From Felis catus (lineage: Eukaryota), in NCBI RefSeq assembly GCF_018350175.1, contig NC_058383.1, positions 12,960,001-13,024,000 on the forward strand: a DNA stretch of 64,000 nucleotides, given 5' to 3'. Each line of letters begins with the position of its first letter. The stretch's first letter is position 1. The position numbers and the translations under genes were made by a program. Positions 12,137 through 24,660 of this stretch are shown one piece after another. Under the pieces are notes generated by a model. That model did no database searches. It worked only from the letters and a program-made list of their open reading frames with translations, and was not told the DNA's origin.

Positions 12137-13204
12137 TCTAAAGAGAATTTTAGAGGTGCATGTCTTACTTTAGCTTGTGGGCATTTCTGGATGACCCCAG
12201 CTGTGTGGCCGTAAGTGAAGCAGGGAAGCCTGCCAGTGTGTGCACATTTTAGTAAGTGGAAGATCTTCCTCTCACCCCATGCCATTTTCTGACTGGTCAC
12301 TCAGGGGTTTCTAGTCCCAAATACTGAAGTTTTCTGGTTGTGTTTCGGTATGTGCGTATGCGGTGCTAACAGTCACTTAGTGGAATAGTTGTGCTTATTT
12401 CAAATTGTATTACCTAAGTGTCTTTCTAAAAGTTATTTGTACACTTTACAGTTCAAGAAAATACTTTGGTTTGATTGAAGATGCTGCTCCCAGGTCCTGG
12501 TAGAAGCAGCTAACGTTTCCTGAGCAATTCCTATGAACATTTTCCTTTTATATAGACAATAACATACCATTTTCCCTGGAAAGCTAAGTTTCAGAATAAA
12601 GCCCTATAGAAAACCACTGTTTTACTCTGAGGCATTTGGGGCTTGATGCCTAAGACATATTTGTATCCTTAACGATTACCAGCACGGTGCTTTGTGTTCA
12701 ATAGGTGATCAATAAGTGTTGAATTTTGGTGAATATAAAATTGCATTCAAGTGATTTCTGTTTTCTTTTAAAAAGCGGACTTTGGAGAAAACTTTCCACT
12801 TCAGGGTACTTGCTTCTAAACATCCCCTTGTAACACTCAGTGAAAGGAAGTGGATGTCTGGATGGTGTGAGAGATAGCTGCCCCATGTGGGGTGGGGTTG
12901 GGTATTTGCATTTCTTCAGGTTTCTGCAGACAGATCACTCATGGCAGTTCATCCAGGACTCTCTTCTTTCTCCAGGGAGGGTGTGGGTTGTGTTCCACCT
13001 GGAGACTCAGCAGATGATAAGCCAATAAATATTGAGTACATATTAATGTAGAACCTACTTGTGCAGTACTGACTGCAGCGATATATGGAAATAAAGTTTC
13101 TGCTGTGGAGGATCTTATCATCTAATAGGGGAGGCAAGATGTACAATGCCTTAAAAGTTAGTTGACAGTAAAGTAATTCTTTAGGATTCTTAGATGGTCT
13201 AATG

Positions 13205-13386
13205 TACCGGTTCTCAAACATTAGTGTGCCTCAGAATCACCTTCAGGGCTTGTTAAAATACAGATTGCTGGGCCCCACACCTAGATTTTTGGATTCATTT
13301 GTTATGGGTCCTGAAAATTTGCATTTCTAACAAGTGCCTAGATGCTGCTGCTGCTGCAGTTTAGAGATCACACTGGAGAAACACTG
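13205..13386. mobile_element. MER5A-like hAT-Charlie MITE
   Basis: GGTTCTCAAAC...CAGAATCACC...CTTGTTAAAATACAGATTGCTGGGCCCCAC...GAGAAACACTG. Confidence 0.88.
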
Positions 13387-13394
13387 GTCTGATG

Positions 13395-13490
13395 CTGTGG
13401 CTGTGCAACCTTGGCTGTGCATTGCTACACCCGTGCCAGGGCCCCATTGTAGGCCAATTAAATCAGAATCCCTGTGGAGTACAACCCAGG

Positions 13491-13533
<43 letters not shown>

Positions 13534-13577
13534 CTCCCAAGATGGTTGTGATATGCAGTCAGGCTTGAGACCCACTG
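13395..13577. mobile_element. MER5B-like hAT-Charlie MITE with internal T38 run (13492-13529)
   Basis: AACCTTGGCTG...CCAATTAAATCAGAATC...AAGCTCCC...TGCAGTCAGGCTTGAGACCCACTG. Confidence 0.82.
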
Positions 13578-16300
13578 GTTTAATACATGTTGGGGATGTA
13601 GAATTTAGAATTGAGAAATAGATGATGTTACCCTGGGCTGTAGGGGTGTGGAGAGACCACAGGAATTATTAGGATGATCTTTGAGAATGATAAGGGAAGA
13701 GAAAGGGATGATTTGCATTCTTATAAAGGTAATGCTGTGAGCAAGTTCAGCCTGTTTTCTAGTTGTTTCTTGGGACAGGCTGATGAGTTTGTGAGCAGCG
13801 CTTAATCCTGGTTTTGAGCTCAGCGAGGAGGCAGTGCCTAGGACTGAAGCACTGGTCACCACCATCAATAATAAGAGTTCACTGACCACCTCCCTCCCCC
13901 TTCCTGATGTAGATAGAATTCTGTTTGTATTCAAACACATTTATGCATGTGTATTTGGAGGGAGGTGTGGCTAGGGGTTGTGGACTAACAATAAGCTAAG
14001 CTGAACTTTTGAGAAATGATTGCTGTTTTTACATTTCATCCCCCTAAGTCTGTTTATTCATGTATAAAGTACAGTCCTACATTAGTTGTCAGTATTCATT
14101 GTATTTGAATGTTAGTACGGTTTTAGAAACATTATTCTGTTCACCATGGACGCCCCCACCCCCAGTCTAGCAATGAGCCTGACACGTAGCATCTGCTCAG
14201 TTACTCCATGTTTGTTGAGTGAATCAGCAAGGTGGTCTTTCATATCATGCACTTATGTATTAGTGAGGACAGGGAGAGCTTGTTCCTGAGGAGCTTTATA
14301 AAAAGCTTCCCTGTAGTTCCCAACTTGGGCAAGAAATCTGTTACATTCGAAATAAAGGAACATTAATGCAACAAACATAGCTGGAAATACATTGTGTTAA
14401 TGGGTACTAGTCATAGCTACCTATGATCTAAAGGTGTCTTTCTTTTTCAGTTCCAACTGGTATTGAGCCACATCAAATTTTAGATGTCAGTGTTAAATTT
14501 TATTTTTAATTTTATTAAGTTTAATTGATTATAAAATAACTTGCCCTGTAAGAATGGGCCTGTGTTTAATTTCTTGGAACCACTAGAGCCTTTGTTGTAA
14601 TAGATTTCATAGGGCTCAGAGTTATAAAATTAATATTGGAGAGTTGGTGCTTGTTAAAATTGTGACCTCTATCTTTTAAAGCCCATTGGAATGATGTACG
14701 GTGAAATGGCTGTGGGTGATAGGGGTTACCCTCCATCCACAGGTCCTTGGGAAGCCTGGTGCAACTCTGGTCTAACTGCAGCGGCTGGACTTTTGGCCCA
14801 GGGCAAAAAGGAGGAGGATGCTAAAGAAACCTGGTCAGACCATTTGATGCTAATTTCACAGGTGGCTGGTCCCTGTGAGCCTCGTTGTTGTTATTTATAG
14901 AGCTGTAAGTGGATGTAGCTACACACAGGAGCCTGAAAGGAAGGTCTGCGTCAGGGCTTAGTGGTAAATGCACAAAAGCACAATCTAGGGACAAATGGTC
15001 ATTGGTGAATGTCATTGCCGGAGTTAAATGAGATCATTAGTGGCTGTCATGATTTCCACTCTCACCTCATCACCTTTCCCGAATCCCTTTGAAAATAAGC
15101 AACAAACCAGACCAAAAACAAGCACGGAGAGTCTCTCCTTTCTTTTTAATTGGGGTTGATAGGATTTTAATCAGGTTGACTTAGATACTGATTTCAACTG
15201 CAATTTAAAGAGCTATCCACAAAGCTGTGAATTAAACAATTAGAAACCCATTTCTAAAGTCAAAAGGACTTGATCATTTCCTCCTACTTCTTCTCCTATT
15301 TTCCATATTCTCAAAGGAGAAACTGAGATCTAGGAGGGTTACATAACCAACTTAATTTCACAGCGGTGAAGCTAGGACTGGACTCTGGATCTTGCGTCTT
15401 CCCCAATTTAGCCTTTTCTATCATACTAGTCCTTAATGAAACTACACTTTTCTTTCTTTGAATTCAAGACTTTGTCTTCATAGCCCAGAAAAAGATTATC
15501 CTTTGTTATGGCTTTTTCTAAGAATTACTCCGAGAGTTGAAAAATGGTTCTATTATTTTTATTTCTTGAAACGGAAAATAATATTAGAACAGTTTCCTTC
15601 TATTGGTAATACATCTGTCCACTGCCGCCAGCTTTAGGAGTAACGACAGTGCCTCTTGGTAGAGCGGGGGCCTGTGTGGGGCCGGGGGCTAGTGAGGAAC
15701 GTGAAACCGCAACGGCACAGGCTGTGGGAAGCTGCTGCACTTGGGCTGGAGACACCAGCAGATAACACCTGGAGGCAGTGGGTGCTGTGAATCACAACTT
15801 GGCCTTGGCCTCCACACTGGAAACCAGCACTCCTAAGCAGAAGGCTCTCTTTCTGCCCCGCCCATGGTGGCCTGTTGGCAGAGAGCTAGAATAATTGTTT
15901 GTTTAAAGTTTTACTAGCTCATTATACAGCACGGATTGACAGACCTCTCTATCAGAGGATTTCCAGTCTCTTGGAAGCGCTTCACCACATTACTTGTAAT
16001 CTAACCTCAGTGTAGACTGCAATGGCCGGTTTTTATTTGTTTGTTTTTCTCTCCTTCCCTTCCCACTTGTTTCAAAGGCCACACACCAAGCTCTGGAGAG
16101 AGGGAGCTGCTTATGAGCTGAGAATTGGCTGCCCTTCTCTGGTCAGCCGTGTGTGGCTGCTGGAACAAGTGCCTTTGGGTCAATCATTCTCAGGTTACCA
16201 CACCCTGGCATGAAGGCCTGTAGTTGGACACTGAACGTGGGCTTTCTAGTGGAAAGACTTGTTAATTCCCCATCTGTAAGTGCAGGCAGGGAGATTAACT

Positions 16301-16425
16301 CAGTGCTTTCTAAACCTTCAGAATAACCTGGGGGAGCTTGTTAGAAATACCAGCTCTTGGATGCTATCTCTGTGGGTCAGGTCAGGTATGTCTGAGATGG
16401 GGGTCGGGTTTTAGGACCTTGCATT
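16301..16425. mobile_element. MER5-like fragment
   Basis: CAGTGCTTTCTAAAC...CAGAATAACCTGGGGGAGCTTGTTAGAAATAC. Confidence 0.65.
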
Positions 16426-18799
16426 GAACTATTTGACATGTGGGGTCTCTCCCAGTCTGGTTGGTTTTTGCATGATCCGCAGTAGAAGAAGAGGGACGAT
16501 ATTTGTAGCTACAGTCAATTATCAGTTAGTTATTTGCCTTATAAACAATTTCAGTTCCAGAGACCTCTCCCTCAGCAGGCTCCCAGATTACAAATTCCCA
16601 GCCTCCCTGGCTAGTATGTACCCGGAGACTGAAAGGTAATTTTCCTCTTAATTTTAGGAAAAGCTAAGCAGGGAGGGAAATCTGCCATGAAAAAGAAGAA
16701 AAAGAAGAAAACAAGAAATCATATCTTACGTTACAACCCACTCTAAGTAACTTTCAGAGAGCATCCTCTGTTGGGAAGGAATAACGTGTTATGTTGCCTT
16801 GTCTTTGGGCAGCTGACTAAACTTAGCTGCATTTTAGCTCCACTGTGCCCCACAAGAGTAATTCCCTTTTCTCAAAGGCCTTGTGGAGTCTCTCAGAATT
16901 ATTTAAATGGATTCTAAGTATTTAGCTCAGTAATAAGATTCTAGTTCTGTCTGGATTTGTTGTGTATCAGCATTGACTTAAAGTTGTGTCCCTGCCCTGG
17001 GCCTTGCCTCGTACCCACACCCAGATCCACAGTCCACACGCTGGGGCGCTCCCTCATATGCCGGTCCCTGCCGTGTGTACAGGGTAACCCCTTTGACCCT
17101 CTCAAGAGGGTGCTGGCGCATCCTTTTTTTGCTTCACTTATCCCAGTTGACATCTGCAAGCCTGCTGTGACTTGAAGCGCCACTGCCCCGGTGGCCCTGT
17201 CCTGCGCCTCATTGAGAATCTGTGTGAGAGGCAGGCCATCCTTTGGAGATGGAACATTCAGTGTAGCGGGAGGAAAGCTTTTACACGATGGCTCTTAGAA
17301 GTCAGTTCAGGAGGGACCAGGCCTGTGGTGATGGCGGGAGGGGTTTGTGCTCCTGTCCTTGTAACCACATGGTTTGTACCGAGCCGGACACTGGTCATTT
17401 AAGTAGATGCTTGTTCTCCAGCGACAGAGTGGTTCCCAGCTGGCACATTTTTCCCTGGGATTCAGTTTTGTTGGCTGCTGCTGTTTGTTGTGCCCACACT
17501 GATTTTAGCGGCATCCTTCCAGGCTCTTGAGTCTTTTCCAAGCAGGGGAGATCACTGAATCCTTTGCCCTCCCCTTTTCTCCTTTTGGATATTCCATGGC
17601 TGTTAGGGAAGGACTTCCCGTGAAATAAAATGAGGGCAAGAAAGTAGCATGCCTGTGGCATAAAAATGCTGTTAGCAAGCTTGAGGCATATCAGAGAGAT
17701 TGGTCCTGAGAGTAACGTTTATGCCTTTCTGCTTTTGAACTTTTTTTTTTTTTTTTCCTTTGCTGTTTCTGAGGTCTGGGATTTATCCTGAATTTAAGAA
17801 CGGACTGTTTTTGATCATTTGAATAGGTATCACTGTTCAGCAGGGAATACATGTGCACACTGAGATGTCTCTTAAAGCCAATTTGTAGTATAAGTCATTT
17901 GAAATGATTTCTTAGTCGGTAATGCATTTCTACCTCACATTCTCTGCCTGGATTTATGCATTCATCTCCTGTTTTACCAGGTGATTTGCTTTTATTCTGC
18001 TGCTTTGACAGCCCCCTCCCACCTTTAACTTCTACCCCCAGACACTTGAGCATGGTTTCCAGTGTGAGTAGGCATTAAACTACCCAAAATGCACCAAATG
18101 CCAGCCACACAGGATTGGAAAGGAGAGCCTGCATTCTAGGAAGATTTCTCGGCCTTGCTTGGTCAAGCTATTTTATGAAAGATTATGCGGCCCTTTAACG
18201 TTTTTTGGAGAGACTCAGATGGGTGATTGAGGTCCTGATGAGAAATCAGCTCGGAAAATCTAAAATCAGGGCATGTTCTTTCCTGCCACAACTTGGGATA
18301 GCCAGCTGGAGGAGAGCCTCTCTTTCTCAAGGTCCAGCTATCTCTTCGAAGAGGAGGGGAAGGGGTGTCCGAAGCTGTCTTCAGTTATGCTGGACAACCT
18401 CAGATCAGAGTGTTTTGGTTTGCTTTGCTTTTTGCCTTTTTCTACTTGGGGTTTGCTGGTGTTTTTCTTTTGGGGTGTGAGGAGCTTGGCTGAAGGGCTT
18501 CCAGCCTTAGATGGGCTCTAAAGGGGTGGCATCAGTGAGACATGTTTCAATTTTACCGTCTCTTGTTTCATTAAGAGGCAATGAGCAGCTGGTTGACCCA
18601 GAATAATGCCAAGGGGAACTGGGGAGTTGTTACTTGTAAATGCAGAGGAAGAAAGGAACAGATACTGGGAGGCAGTGGCATGATGAACAGCTGATGCCTT
18701 CAGAGAATAGAGGCTTGTCTTACTGTGATTCTCTCCTCACCAGGGAGGAGGTGGAGGGAGGAGGCATGTGGCTTATTGGGGTTGAAGTCAACATTCTAC

Positions 18800-19070
18800 T
18801 CGTTTAATTCACTAATTAATTTCACAACTATCCCTTGTGTTTCCACTGTGTGCTAGGTACTATTCTGGGTACTAGGGATGCCGTGGTAAACAAACATGAA
18901 AGGTCTTTGCCCTCGTGACACTTAAATTCTCGTGAGGGGTGGTGGTGAAGACAAATTTATAACAAGGGTGGTCGTGATAACTGCTATGAAAGAAAAAAAA
19001 AGGGAAGAAAATGGGATAGGGAGCTATTTCAATAAGTTGTGGTCATGGAAGGCCTTCTTAAAAATGACGA
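18800..19070 (-). mobile_element. L2 3' fragment
   Basis: ACTGTGTGCTAGGTACTATTCTGGGTACTAGGGATGC...GTCTTTGCCCTCGTG. Confidence 0.75.
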
Positions 19071-19129
19071 TTAAATAAATAAATGGCCATTAAAGACAAT
19101 ACACCGTTTTTATTACCTAAAATACTTTA

Positions 19130-19351
19130 TTATTTTTTTTAATGTTTTTTTTTTAATGTTTATTATTTTTGAGAGTGAGAGAGACAGAGTGTGAGTGGGG
19201 GAGGAGCAGAGAGAGGGTGACACAGAATCTGAAGCAGGCTCCAGGCTCTGAACTGTCAGCACAGGGCCCCACGTGGGGCTCAAACCCACGCACGAACCCT
19301 GAGATCATTGAGCCGAAGTCAGATGCGTAACCTGAGCCACCCAGGCGCCCC
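19130..19351 (-). mobile_element. CAN-SINE
   Basis: TSD TACCTAAAATAYTTTA. Confidence 0.96.
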
Positions 19352-22158
19352 TACCTAAAATATTTTAACTACTTCCGTTATTATGGGATGATAGCATGCA
19401 TAGAAACTTAAAACAATTTGTTTTCTCTAAAGTTTGGAAGGTGTTCCAGGATCTCTTTTTATCCCTGGCCCTGGCAGCCTTTGTTAGATGGATTAGAATT
19501 CATCATTTAGTTGCTTTTCATGTAGATTGTGTTAAGACAGTCTCTAAGGTTTTTAGGGTATGCTTTTCATGAAATTGTTCTGTGATTGGGAGGCTCCTTC
19601 TCCAAATAGATGCCCAGCAGGGTTTGTTGTGGTCATTGTTGTTTTGTTTTAAATGGTAATACGTGACTTTGGGGATCTGAAATAAAGTGAAGTGAGCCCA
19701 TAGCCAGCACCTTGAGGACGAAGCCCTTCTGAGGAGCAGGGTGCCGGCAGCCTTGCAGGTCACTGGGCCGCTGGTCGACGCCAGAACCCACTGCAGCCGC
19801 TCTCCCCTTCGAGAGGATGGAATGGTGTGCTGCAGTCTACACTGCCCAGATAAACACGAGTCCTGTCTTCTGTCCTTTCCAAGGAAAGGATGGGGTTGTG
19901 TGAAAAGAGAACCCTCAATCGCCATAGCTCTCCTGTAGGCCATTGGGTCACATCTGATTACATGTGTTCCGCAAGACCCCCTATCACAGTGGTTTTTAAC
20001 ATAGCATTTCTTACCCCATTAGGGAGTGGTGACAGCCAGCATTTTAAAAAAAAAAAGTGGATTCAAATAGGTGATATCAGAGTATATTATATCACACTTA
20101 GTAATTGAGTCTGTATTTAGTTTCCAAAAACTTTTGTTGCAGATGTATGTGTACATGCACCCTATCCTGACAATAATGTATTTTTATTGTGTTGTGCTTT
20201 ATGAGGTTTGAGAAACATAAATCTATCAGATGAGCGTTGGTATCATTTTACAGTGGGGAAGCTAAAATTCTAAAGTTGAGGATTCTGTCTGTAATCAGTA
20301 AAATTAGAACTCAGCTCCTTCCGGTTTTCCACATGTCATCCAAGATGTAACAAATTTGTCACAGGACAAATCTCTGAAGATTTTACAAGACTTTGGAATT
20401 CACAGAGACACTGTCTTATTCCTGACCACTGTTTTGAAATCAGATTACGAGTTCCCAAGTTTCACTAGTTTCTCACAACATCTCTATGTGGTCTGTTTCT
20501 GGAGAAGGGAAAAGAAAGATGAGCCTAGTTACTTTTCTTTATTAACAAATGAGGAAAATCTAGAAGCTCTTTTCCCTTCACAGATAGACAGCCTCGTTTT
20601 ATCCAAGAGGAGAGACTAACTACAAGCAGCAGCAGGCTCTCTCTGTAAAGCATTTCAGAGAATTTGGTGTTGCTGAGACCAGTTTTGGTGTGGTGAGCGG
20701 GTAGACATAGCAAGAGGAGTCTACCCCTTTGTATAAAATGTTTTGTTTTTCACCAGTCAGGCATACTTTTACATAAACTCACTAACACTTATTGTAGTAA
20801 CTCCCGTTTTAACATGTGTCACCTGTCTTATCCACGTCCCCAGCCTCCTGGGAAAGAGGTGGAACTTTCACCGGTGTTTTAGGCAGCTATTTTGGCCTTA
20901 AAAGACAGACTTTTTAGGGGCATTATTTTCCCTGGCATTCCTTTCCTCTTGCCAGTAGTCACTCTTGAATGAATTTGTGATTGGTGCAGCTAGACTATTT
21001 CTTTTTTGCACAGAAGAAATTGCTCTTGCTGAAGATGTCAGGAAAGTAGAGTGAAAACCTGCCTGCTCCCTGATCTTTCTGTACTGCTTTGTTGCCCCAC
21101 CCTACCCCAAACCAACCCCCAAGAAAGAATGACCTTTTGGCCCAGGGATCTATCTGAGTGTTTTGTGTGGCAGAGCTGTCTCTGGCCGACTCCCAGGATT
21201 GTTAATGACTTCCTCTTCTATCTCTAAATAATTGCTTGAAAAGACAGCTGTGGAGAGACATTGCCCCCAGCTTGTAGGCTCATTAATTCCAGCCATATGG
21301 AAGAGGGTGCAAAGGAAGAAGGTGGAAGTTACTTTGCCAAGAGTAACAGGTTGGGGAAAACAAAAATAGAGGCTTTAGGGGAAGGGCGGCACCACCATGT
21401 TGGAGATCAGACTTGGAGTTTGTGGCTTCTGGGCTGGCTTCAACCTAAAGAAATTTCCCTCTTTGAATCCCAAATACAGGGAAACAAAGTAAGAAGTGAT
21501 CATTTGGTTTCCAAAGTCCTTACAATACCTTCCAAAGTCCTTACAAACACCAGGGTTCCTCTGGTGTTGTTTGAGTATCACTTAGCCTGTAGGATACTTG
21601 GTTTTGTGCAACTCTTAAGAATAGAAGCATCCAAGTAAGCTGGAAAGTCCAAGGAACTTAAAGAGGGAGACACCCAAGAGATTTCCCAAAAGTCAGCCAT
21701 CATGGACTTGACTATTATTCATAACTTCTGCTTTTGGCTATTCCCACAGTGGCCTTGAAGCAAATTTCAAAAAAGAAACTTCCACTCTGTGCTCCTTAAA
21801 AAAAAAAAATAATAATAATCAAAATGTGCCTAGACAGAAGGAAGGTCAAATACAACTAGGGAACAAATACTCTAATTAGCTATTTGGTTCAGCTCTAATA
21901 CATCTAGCATTCAGGCTTAAAGGAAACAGGATAGGGCACTTTAATTTTTATTTTTCAAGAACAGGAAACATACCAGGTTTCTAAGGAGATGCAAACTCTT
22001 CTAAAAACTGAATTATAAAAGTTTATGCAGGTCTTTGGGCAAGGGGCATTAAACAGATGAATGTATAATGCCATCAGCAAAAGTTTTCAAGAATTGCAGA
22101 GCTTTTTGTGTGGGTGACTTTTTGGTGTCTAATCCATGCACATCAAGGGTGCAACTTT

Positions 22159-22375
22159 TTTTTTTAATGTGTATTTATTTATTTTGGGGGGTGGGGGAGA
22201 GAGAGAGAGAGCAGGCAGGGGAAGGGGCAGAGACAGAGGGGAGAGAGAACCCCAAGCAGCCTCTGGATCATCAGCTCAGAGCCCCATGTGGGGCTTGATC
22301 CCATGAACTGAGACATCCTGACCTGAGCCGCATTAAGTGTCAGACGCTTAATCAACTGAGCCACCCAGGTGCTCC
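22159..22375 (-). mobile_element. CAN-SINE (older)
   Basis: TSD AGGGTGCARCTTT. Confidence 0.94.
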
Positions 22376-22515
22376 TAGGGTGCAGCTTTAAGGCCTCTTT
22401 TACAAAGTTCATGCAGCTAAGCATGTGGAGTTTGCTGCCTGTGTAGTTTTGCAAGATTTCCTGTGAGGTACCTTTTTACCTGAAAAACAGAATAGGTGGA
22501 TGATTTCCATTAAAA

Positions 22516-22685
22516 CAGTGGTTTTCAAACTGTGGTGCACATTAGAATTACTTGAGGCACTTATAAAAATATTTCTGCCCAGGCTACATTTTAGACCGAT
22601 TAAATCAGAATCTCTGGACATGGGTCCCAGGCATCAGTATTTTGTAAAACTGATCACAAAAGTTACTCAGGTTTGAGGATCAGTG
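22516..22685. mobile_element. MER5B-like MITE
   Basis: CAGTGGTTTTCAAAC...AGACCGATTAAATCAGAATCTCTGG...TTTGAGGATCAGTG. Confidence 0.82.
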
Positions 22686-23469
22686 TATTAGATGGTGTTT
22701 AGTTAATGTTAATTACCCCAGCTGCATTTCTCAAAGGTATAGTTAATCCTACAACAGTCTTATTCCATGCTGTTGATTTAAGGAAGTCCATGGAGTTTCC
22801 ACTAACATTCTCTTAGGAACACTGAAACCTGTATTTATGTTGGGACCACTACACTTTTCTTGGCCTGTGCGAATGTTTGAACCAGAACCAAAGTTTTTAT
22901 TGAGAAGCAGCTTAGGATCAGTCTTAGCCAAGCAGTCATGGCCTTTGGAGAATATAGGATGTTGGATGAGGTAGGGAGTCAACTTTTTTCACACCCATAG
23001 GTCATGTGTGTAAAGATGCATTGTGATCACTCTTGGAGCTCAGAATTTTTTCTGGCCCTGGATGGGCTGTTGCCTTGGGAGAATGCCAGCTATCTCTCTA
23101 GTGAGACAAGGAGATATTTATGTATTCTCTGGTTCTTTTTTTGACGTTAAAAACACCCTTCATTGTTAGATTTAATATCTGAACTCTGTGACCCTTTGCA
23201 AAGTTGACAGGATAGGCAGGGGGTGAGTATTTGTTTAATAGGATTAGTTATTTTATTTTTGAAGAACTGAATATATCTCAAGGGGCTGAGACATCAGAGA
23301 ATCATTGTTTTATGTAATGTGGATTTTATCACACTCCAAATTATGCCTCTTTGAATACACATTATGTGGGATAATGGTAGTGTGTCAGTGAGAAAGAGAA
23401 TATGAATGAGAATTATCTTGAGCTGAATCATAGTGAAAGCATATAGTAGGAATCATATGGTAATAGTAT

Positions 23470-23652
23470 TTTGGTTAAGAGCCGCTTGTTGGTTCTTTTG
23501 GCCTTGGGCAAGCTATAACCTCTGCTCCTCTGTTTTCTCACCTGAAAAATTACAATACTTGCCTCTTAGGATTGTTTTAAAGATTAAATGAGATTGTTCA
23601 TAAAGCACTTAGAACAGTGCCTAGCACATAGCCAGTACTATTTAAGTATTTA
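23470..23652 (+). mobile_element. MIR
   Basis: CCTTGGGCAAG...AGATTAAATGAGA...TAAAGCACTTAGAACAGTGCCTAGCACATAG. Confidence 0.85.
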
Positions 23653-23789
23653 TTAGAGCATAATATCAACTTGTCCCACTAAGAATATTCTAGAACTGTA
23701 TGATCCAGATGATGCTTTATTCTGTAAAGTCTTTTAGTGGAGATGTTTTCACATCCCTAAGTTACCTTTCCTTTTGCTTACTTAGGAAG

Positions 23790-23790
23790 T

Positions 23791-23838
<48 letters not shown>

Positions 23839-24049
23839 TTTAAAATTTTTAATGTTTATTCTTGAGAGAGAGAAAGAGAGTGTGAACAGGGGAGAGGCCA
23901 AGAGAGAGAGGGAGACACAGAATCCAAAGCAGGCTCCAGGCTCTGAGCTGTCAGCACAGAGCCTGACGTGGTGCTCGAACCCACGAACTGTTGAGATCAT
24001 GACCTGAGCCAAAGTTGGATGCTTAACTGACTGAGCCACCCAGGCACCC
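23790..24049 (-). mobile_element. CAN-SINE with tail expanded into (TTTC)n at 23790-23836
   Basis: Antisense SINE body; short degenerate TSD GGMAGTTCTTT. Confidence 0.95.
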
Positions 24050-24499
24050 TGGGCAGTTCTTTTTTCTAAGAATCTAAATGCTGTGCATGAGTCTAACCTG
24101 GGACTGTCTGTATCCTGAGCACCAGTTGGGTTCCATTTTTACATAACTCAGTTATTCCCTCTCTGGGCTTAATTGTTATATTCTCACCATCTAGTTAACT
24201 CCTTGGCTCTATGAATCTGAACCCACCCCAGTTTTTCCCTTCTGTTCAGGGGAGATCTGTTTGGGACTAACTTGAATGGAAGGATGACCTCATGGTTTCT
24301 GCTGCTATCTTTCAATTTATATAACTCAGCCCTAAGCATGCTTTTTAAAAATAATGGCCCTAAATTGCTGACATCTTGTCATCTGCTCAGACTCCTAAAT
24401 CTTTCTGTGCTCTCTAGACTGAATGGGATCAGCTGGAGCAAGATGCCTTTGTGCAGTCCTGCATTTACTGCGCTTGGCGAGTGACCTCCAGTAGAGCTG

Positions 24500-24660
24500 T
24501 GTGTTTCCTCTGAGTAACATGGGTAATGATTACAGCGACAATGCTGCTATTGTGTCCAGAGGTTTGGGGCTGTAATTTCATAATGAAATTGAAAAACATG
24601 AGATTAAAAACCTGAATATAGCACAGTAATTATATTTAAGTATCACAAATCATCTCCCTG
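24500..24660. promoter_or_regulatory. Putative enhancer with clustered palindromic motifs
   Basis: GTAATGATTAC, ACAAT-N6-ATTGT and AATTTCATAATGAAATT within about 70 bp. Confidence 0.35.

Noticed and set aside
15930..15950. GGATTGACAGA resembling an 18S rRNA segment
   Set aside because: Only about 11 nt match and the flanks are unrelated
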